The notes under the pieces: generated by a model
What the model was told of the DNA's origin: nothing
Database searches by the model: none
What the model saw: only the letters and a program-made list of their open reading frames with translations
In this document: piece by piece, positions 59,401-64,000 of the stretch
How positions within the stretch are numbered: the stretch's first letter is position 1
Layout: the number at the start of each line of letters is the position of its first letter
Made by a program: the position numbers and the translations under genes
Source: Nostoc sp.
GTDB lineage: Bacteria > Cyanobacteriota > Cyanobacteriia > Cyanobacteriales > Nostocaceae
NCBI GenBank assembly: GCA_036918135.1
Contig: JBALDB010000007.1
Location: 192,001 to 256,000 of the forward strand
Length of the DNA stretch: 64,000 nucleotides
Direction: 5' to 3'

Positions 59401-60240
59401 CTACTCAACAAAATTAGGTCGTGCCTGTTGCATTGATTTAAACTTTGACTCTAAAACTGGCCAATTTTCCTGCTCAATTAAGTTAGTCAACTCGTCGAGG
59501 TTGTGGCGATACTGATGCAGCGACAACAGCAGTGCTTGGCGATTATACCGTGCCATCGCGACCCCCAACTCTGGATTCCCACCACCCACACGGCTGGTAT
59601 CCCGAAAACCTGAACTAGCCAGCTTTTGGGCTAATTGCAGAACCTCTGAGTCAGTTTCACTCAAACAAGCAGCAATCAACGAAGAACTGACCATCACGGG
59701 TAAATGAGAAATCCAACTCACAGCCCTGTCATGTTGTTCTGGTTGACAATGGTAAATATTCGTCCCCAGCGATCGCACAATTTCTTCGACAATTGTAATT
59801 GCAGTGGTTGGTGTTGTGGTTAAGGGTGTTAGTACATAAGGTTTACCAACAAATAAATGCCGCTGTGCAGCTTCTATCCCACTATCTGCTGTTCCCGCCA
59901 TTGGATGACCACCGATAAAATTATCCCAAAGCGGAGAAATAGCTTTGACTATTTGTACTTTCGCCGAACCGACATCAGTCACAACTGTAGTGGAAGACAA
60001 ATAAGGAATTAATTGTGTAAATTGGGGCACAATAAGTGCTAAAGGCGTACAAATAAATACAACTTCTGCGTCTGCTAACAGGCTCAGCTCGACTGATGCC
60101 CGATCGACACAGCCAAGGGCAACTGCCTTTTTGCAGGTGGATTCACGGCGACTAACTCCCAATATATGATGTCCTTGCGATCGCAAATCGAAACCCAAAG
60201 ATCCGCCAATCAGTCCCAGTCCGAAAATTCCAATATTCAT
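59401..60240 (-). CDS. tyrA: prephenate/arogenate dehydrogenase
   Basis: GLGLIGGS, TDVGSAK, GGHPMAG, HDRAVSWISHLP, GFRDTSRV. Confidence 0.95.
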   Translation of the reverse strand: MNIGIFGLGLIGGSLGFDLRSQGHHILGVSRRESTCKKAVALGCVDRASVELSLLADAEVVFICTPLALIVPQFTQLIPYLSSTTVVTDVGSAKVQIVKAISPLWDNFIGGHPMAGTADSGIEAAQRHLFVGKPYVLTPLTTTPTTAITIVEEIVRSLGTNIYHCQPEQHDRAVSWISHLPVMVSSSLIAACLSETDSEVLQLAQKLASSGFRDTSRVGGGNPELGVAMARYNRQALLLSLHQYRHNLDELTNLIEQENWPVLESKFKSMQQARPNFVE

Positions 60241-60311
60241 TGTTTAATTTTGACATTTCATTTTTTACGACTTTACAACTATATAAAGTTGGCATCCCAG
60301 AGGTAGCATCA

Positions 60312-61886
60312 ATGAGTGTAGAGGAATTGCTGGAACAATACGCGGTAGGAGTCTTAAACTTTAGTGGAATTGAACTGTCTGAAGCCAATCTGAGCGGGGC
60401 TAAACTCAGTGGCGTGAATCTGAGCAATGCTAATTTAAGTGTAGTTAATTTCAGTGGTGCAAATCTCAGTGAAGCTAACTTGAGCAACGCCAAATTGAAT
60501 GTAGCAAGATTGAGTGGTGTAAATCTATGTAGCGCCATCCTAAACAACGCCAGTCTCAACGTAGCGAATTTAATTCGAGCAGATCTCAGTCGCGCTCAAC
60601 TCAGGGGAGCTTCGCTAATCCGCGCTGAGTTAATTCGTGCTGACCTCAGTCGTGCCGATTTGTTCGAGGCTAACCTCACTAGTGCCGATCTGCGAGAGGG
60701 GACTCTGCGCCAAACGAATCTCCGTAACGCTAACTTGAGTGAAGCTGTGTTGAGAGGCGCTTCTCTGACAGGAGCTAACTTAGAAATGGCTAACTTAAAC
60801 GCTACTGATTTGAGTCGTTCTGATATTACGGGCGCAAATTTGCGAGATGCCGAACTCAGACAGGCAAATCTCAGCCATGCTAACCTCAGCGGTGCCGATT
60901 TGAGTGGGGCGAACCTGCGGTGGGCAGATTTGAGCGGGGCGAACCTCCGGTGGGCAGATTTGAGCGGCGCAAAATTGAGCGGGGCAAATTTAATTGGCGC
61001 AGATTTAAGCAATGCCAATTTAACGAATACCAGTTTAGTACATGCGAATTTAACCCAAGCCAAATTGATTAGAGCAGAATGGATTGGTGCTGACTTAACT
61101 GGTGCGACTCTAACCGGTGCAAAACTTTACGCCACATCCAGATTTGGTTTAAAAACCGAAGGTATGACTTGTGAATGGGTTGACCTTAGCCCCAGTGGCG
61201 ATCGCTCGATTATCCAAAAATTCCATTCCGAAGATTCGCGAGATTTTTTTAACGAAACACCACCAACAATTCGTATTATTGTTGATGCAGCTTTAGAACA
61301 CGAAGCTAACTTTGCCCTTGCTGGCGCTTACTACCAAATTGCTCAGGAATATCGGGGACTAAAACAACCTCCTAGCATGGAAAGTGGGCGTCGTCGGACT
61401 ATTTTTACCTTTCGTGTAGATAGCGACGAAGCATTATTTCCCACTGCTTATATTGCAATTCTTCCCTTTTTAGATGCGGCATCTACCCAAAAAAATATTT
61501 CTCAAATGGTGGAAATGATTAACACTGAAGTTGTTACGAATTCAGATTTAACATTTCTCAAGTCGCCGCATATGCTCAAACAATTAAATATATTTCTAGA
61601 GCAAGTTATCAGTAAAGCTACAATCATCAAAGAAATGAAAAAAAATATCGAAGTAGCTGCTAAGTTAAATTTTTGTAAAGCTCCAACCCAAATAATTTTA
61701 ACAAATTCCAGTGCCCAGACTTTGATTGTGTATGACAATCCTAACTTTGGGAAAAAATTTATTAATCGGTCTTCTATTAATCCTTCAGTTTATGATGATA
61801 TATCCAACGAATCAACCAAATATATATTACCTTCGTTAAATATGGTTATAGATTTTTTCAAAGGGTTTCACTATATTAGTCATTAG
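60312..61886 (+). CDS. pentapeptide repeat protein with a unique C-terminal domain
   Basis: MSVEELLEQYA start; ~55 A(N/D)Lxx repeats. Confidence 0.92.
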   Translation: MSVEELLEQYAVGVLNFSGIELSEANLSGAKLSGVNLSNANLSVVNFSGANLSEANLSNAKLNVARLSGVNLCSAILNNASLNVANLIRADLSRAQLRGASLIRAELIRADLSRADLFEANLTSADLREGTLRQTNLRNANLSEAVLRGASLTGANLEMANLNATDLSRSDITGANLRDAELRQANLSHANLSGADLSGANLRWADLSGANLRWADLSGAKLSGANLIGADLSNANLTNTSLVHANLTQAKLIRAEWIGADLTGATLTGAKLYATSRFGLKTEGMTCEWVDLSPSGDRSIIQKFHSEDSRDFFNETPPTIRIIVDAALEHEANFALAGAYYQIAQEYRGLKQPPSMESGRRRTIFTFRVDSDEALFPTAYIAILPFLDAASTQKNISQMVEMINTEVVTNSDLTFLKSPHMLKQLNIFLEQVISKATIIKEMKKNIEVAAKLNFCKAPTQIILTNSSAQTLIVYDNPNFGKKFINRSSINPSVYDDISNESTKYILPSLNMVIDFFKGFHYISH

Positions 61887-61985
61887 TTATTAGGCATAAA
61901 GCATGAAACATGAGATATTAAGGACTGACCAATAACAAATGACTAATGACTAATAACTAATAACCAATGACAAATTGGAGGAAAA

Positions 61986-62579
61986 ATGCGCGATTCATTT
62001 AATAGAATGATTGGTCGGACTCGCTATGTAGTCTTTCGCCTGTTTCTGCACTTAGGAGGAGGTGAGGTAGCACCAATTTTAGGAGTATTAAATAGTGCTG
62101 GTCGGGATGCGATCGATGCCGATGGCGACTTAGAAGTTTTGGGAGAAGGATTGGTAGAAATCTGCGAGACTCTACTGCGATATGATGAATATTGGCTTTC
62201 GGCTTCTAATCAAGGTGACATATTTTGGGACGAAGGTGAAGCAGCAGATTACGTAGATGAATTATTTACTGACTCCGCCCAAAGATATCTTAGTCAACCA
62301 GATTTCAGTTCTGCCTCTGGATTTGATGAACCTTTATCTGCGCCTGTAACTCGCAACGTAATTGTGATGATTACAGTAGCTTATAAAGGAGAAGTACCAG
62401 ACTTGGAAACTGACCTTTCTAACGTTCAGGCGCTCAAGGAAGGTTTGAAAGCCTTAATCAGTTTGCATAACCAAGATAGATTGCAGGAAATTTATGTGCA
62501 TTTCGCACCAGCGCAGTTAGGCGATGAACTCACTAGCGATCAGATGTTGCAACATTACCCAGAATTAATTCCTTTGTAA
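61986..62579 (+). CDS. DUF1517-like protein
   Basis: RLFLHL, LLRYDEYW, ELFTDSAQRY, VIVMITVA, YPELIPL. Confidence 0.8.
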   Translation: MRDSFNRMIGRTRYVVFRLFLHLGGGEVAPILGVLNSAGRDAIDADGDLEVLGEGLVEICETLLRYDEYWLSASNQGDIFWDEGEAADYVDELFTDSAQRYLSQPDFSSASGFDEPLSAPVTRNVIVMITVAYKGEVPDLETDLSNVQALKEGLKALISLHNQDRLQEIYVHFAPAQLGDELTSDQMLQHYPELIPL

Positions 62580-62648
62580 TTTGTTGGGTAGTTTCTACTT
62601 ACTGCTGAATCGAGAAATTGTTAAGCTCGGAGATAGGACAATAATGCA

Positions 62649-63530
62649 ATGATCATGACGATAGTACGTAAATTTACAGCCGTTTTTTTAGCACTGAGTT
62701 TATGTGTGACAACTGTTGCTTGCGGAGGTGGAGAGCGAGGGAATCCTCCGGCTAAGAACGTTAGCCAAACCTCGACTGCCACCAAATTGAGTGATGGTCA
62801 GTATCAAATCCAACAAGTTACTTATGACGATGCAACTGGGGAGTACAGCCTGTTTTTACTCAACAACACACCCCCAACCTTTGCAACTGAAAATTTGCAA
62901 ATGGCACGGCTAACTGATGACGAAATTAAGCAGGGTAAAAAAACTTATCTGAAGGTAGAAAATGGACAGCCAATTTTATATCTCACAGAAGATTTTAAAA
63001 TTGCCTACGTCCACAACGTTACCGAAAACAGAACCAATCCCGAAACAGGAAGACAAGAAACGGTTGTAGTCCGTCAGGAAAATAGCTTCTGGACACCGTT
63101 TGCTGGGTCTGTGGCTGGTAGCTTGGCGGGTCAAGCGATTGGTAGTCTATTGTTTAGACCTCAGTACTATGTGCCCCCTGTCTATCAACCAGGAGGATTC
63201 CTGACTGGCTACGGTGGATATGGCAGCAACTATAACCAAGCAGTTCAAAGCTATCGAACTCGCTATAACGAACCACCCGCAGCGGTAAGAAATCGTACTG
63301 CTTTCCGCACTACAGGGAATATTAGAAGGTCATATCCTGATAGTTCAATACGTACTACACCGCGTACAAATACTGGTAGCCGTTCAACAGGTTCCGGTTA
63401 TGGCGGCGGCGTCTTAAGACGCTCTGGTAGCTCTACAAGGACTAGAACCAGTCCTAGTAGTGGCAGTTTTGGTAGTGGCCGTAGTTCAGCGCCCCGGCGC
63501 TCGACTGGTTTTGGTAGCAGACGGCGCTAA
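62649..63530 (+). CDS. hypothetical lipoprotein with a Gly/Ser/Arg-rich tail
   Basis: TTVAC lipobox; FWTPFAG; STGSGYG..GFGSRRR tail. Confidence 0.82.
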   Translation: MIMTIVRKFTAVFLALSLCVTTVACGGGERGNPPAKNVSQTSTATKLSDGQYQIQQVTYDDATGEYSLFLLNNTPPTFATENLQMARLTDDEIKQGKKTYLKVENGQPILYLTEDFKIAYVHNVTENRTNPETGRQETVVVRQENSFWTPFAGSVAGSLAGQAIGSLLFRPQYYVPPVYQPGGFLTGYGGYGSNYNQAVQSYRTRYNEPPAAVRNRTAFRTTGNIRRSYPDSSIRTTPRTNTGSRSTGSGYGGGVLRRSGSSTRTRTSPSSGSFGSGRSSAPRRSTGFGSRRR

Positions 63531-63582
63531 ACATAGTTAGCAGTTTTGAGTGCTGAGGTTGAGTTGAATTAAATACTAGATA

Positions 63583-63619
63583 ATAAAAAGGCAAAAGTAA
63601 AACATTTTTGCCTTTTTAT
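63583..63619. terminator. intrinsic terminator-like hairpin
   Basis: ATAAAAAGGCAAAA...TTTTGCCTTTTTAT. Confidence 0.65.
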
Positions 63620-63653
63620 CTTATTAATATACTACTTAGTCCTTAGCAAAAAT

Positions 63654-64000
63654 ATGTACGATACTTTTAATAGAATTATTGGTCGAACTCGCTATGTGGT
63701 CTCTCGCTTATTTTTGCATTTAGGGGGGAGTGGGGTAGCACCAATTTTGAGAGTATTAAATAGTGCTGGAGAGGATGCAATTGAGGCTGATGGTGACTTA
63801 GAAGTTTTAGGAGAAATATTGGTAGAACTCTGTCAAACCTTGTTGCAATATGATGAATACTGGCTTTCAGTTGCTAATGAAGGAGATGTATTTTGGGATG
63901 AAGGCGAAGCGGGAGATTACGTAAATGAATTATTTAGTGACTCTGCTCAAAGATATCTCAGCCAACCAGATTACAGTTCTGCCTCTGGATTTAATGAACC
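63654..64000 (+). CDS. second DUF1517-like paralog (runs off the window end)
   Basis: MYDTFNRIIGRTRYVVSRLFLHLGGSGVAPIL.. closely parallels 61986-62579. Confidence 0.85.
   Translation, partial: MYDTFNRIIGRTRYVVSRLFLHLGGSGVAPILRVLNSAGEDAIEADGDLEVLGEILVELCQTLLQYDEYWLSVANEGDVFWDEGEAGDYVNELFSDSAQRYLSQPDYSSASGFNE

Overview
AT-rich DNA from a filamentous (Nostocales-like) cyanobacterium: abundant HIP1 octamers (GCGATCGC), heptamer tandem repeats, pentapeptide-repeat genes and ccmP. In order: two RTX-type Ca-binding surface proteins; a DAHP synthase; a minus-strand organosulfur-scavenging locus (IscB-N-terminus-like microprotein, internally deleted thiol-dioxygenase-like ORF, class II aldolase, SsuA-like binding protein, flavin reductase, SDR); a LysR + RND pump module missing its adaptor; an orphan IucA/IucC synthetase; obgE; a PAS kinase. 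An accessory island at about 24.9-34.4 kb follows, with an IS630 element, a 21-bp tandem repeat, a class II lanthipeptide cluster (two Nif11-leader precursors with His/Met/Cys-rich cores, ProcM-like LanM, an inverted high-GC GST, an NHLP HlyD, no peptidase-transporter) and an IS5 relic. The rest is mostly core genes (sodA, ccmP, argD, K+ channel, tyrA, a two-component pair, a DUF1517 duplication). Many MITEs and nested 21-24-nt dispersed repeats are visible. Best candidates for novelty: the possibly metal-binding, GST-associated lanthipeptide system with a shared promoter motif, and the stand-alone IscB PLMP-like microprotein heading the sulfur locus. All family assignments come from motif recognition by eye; no database searches were run.
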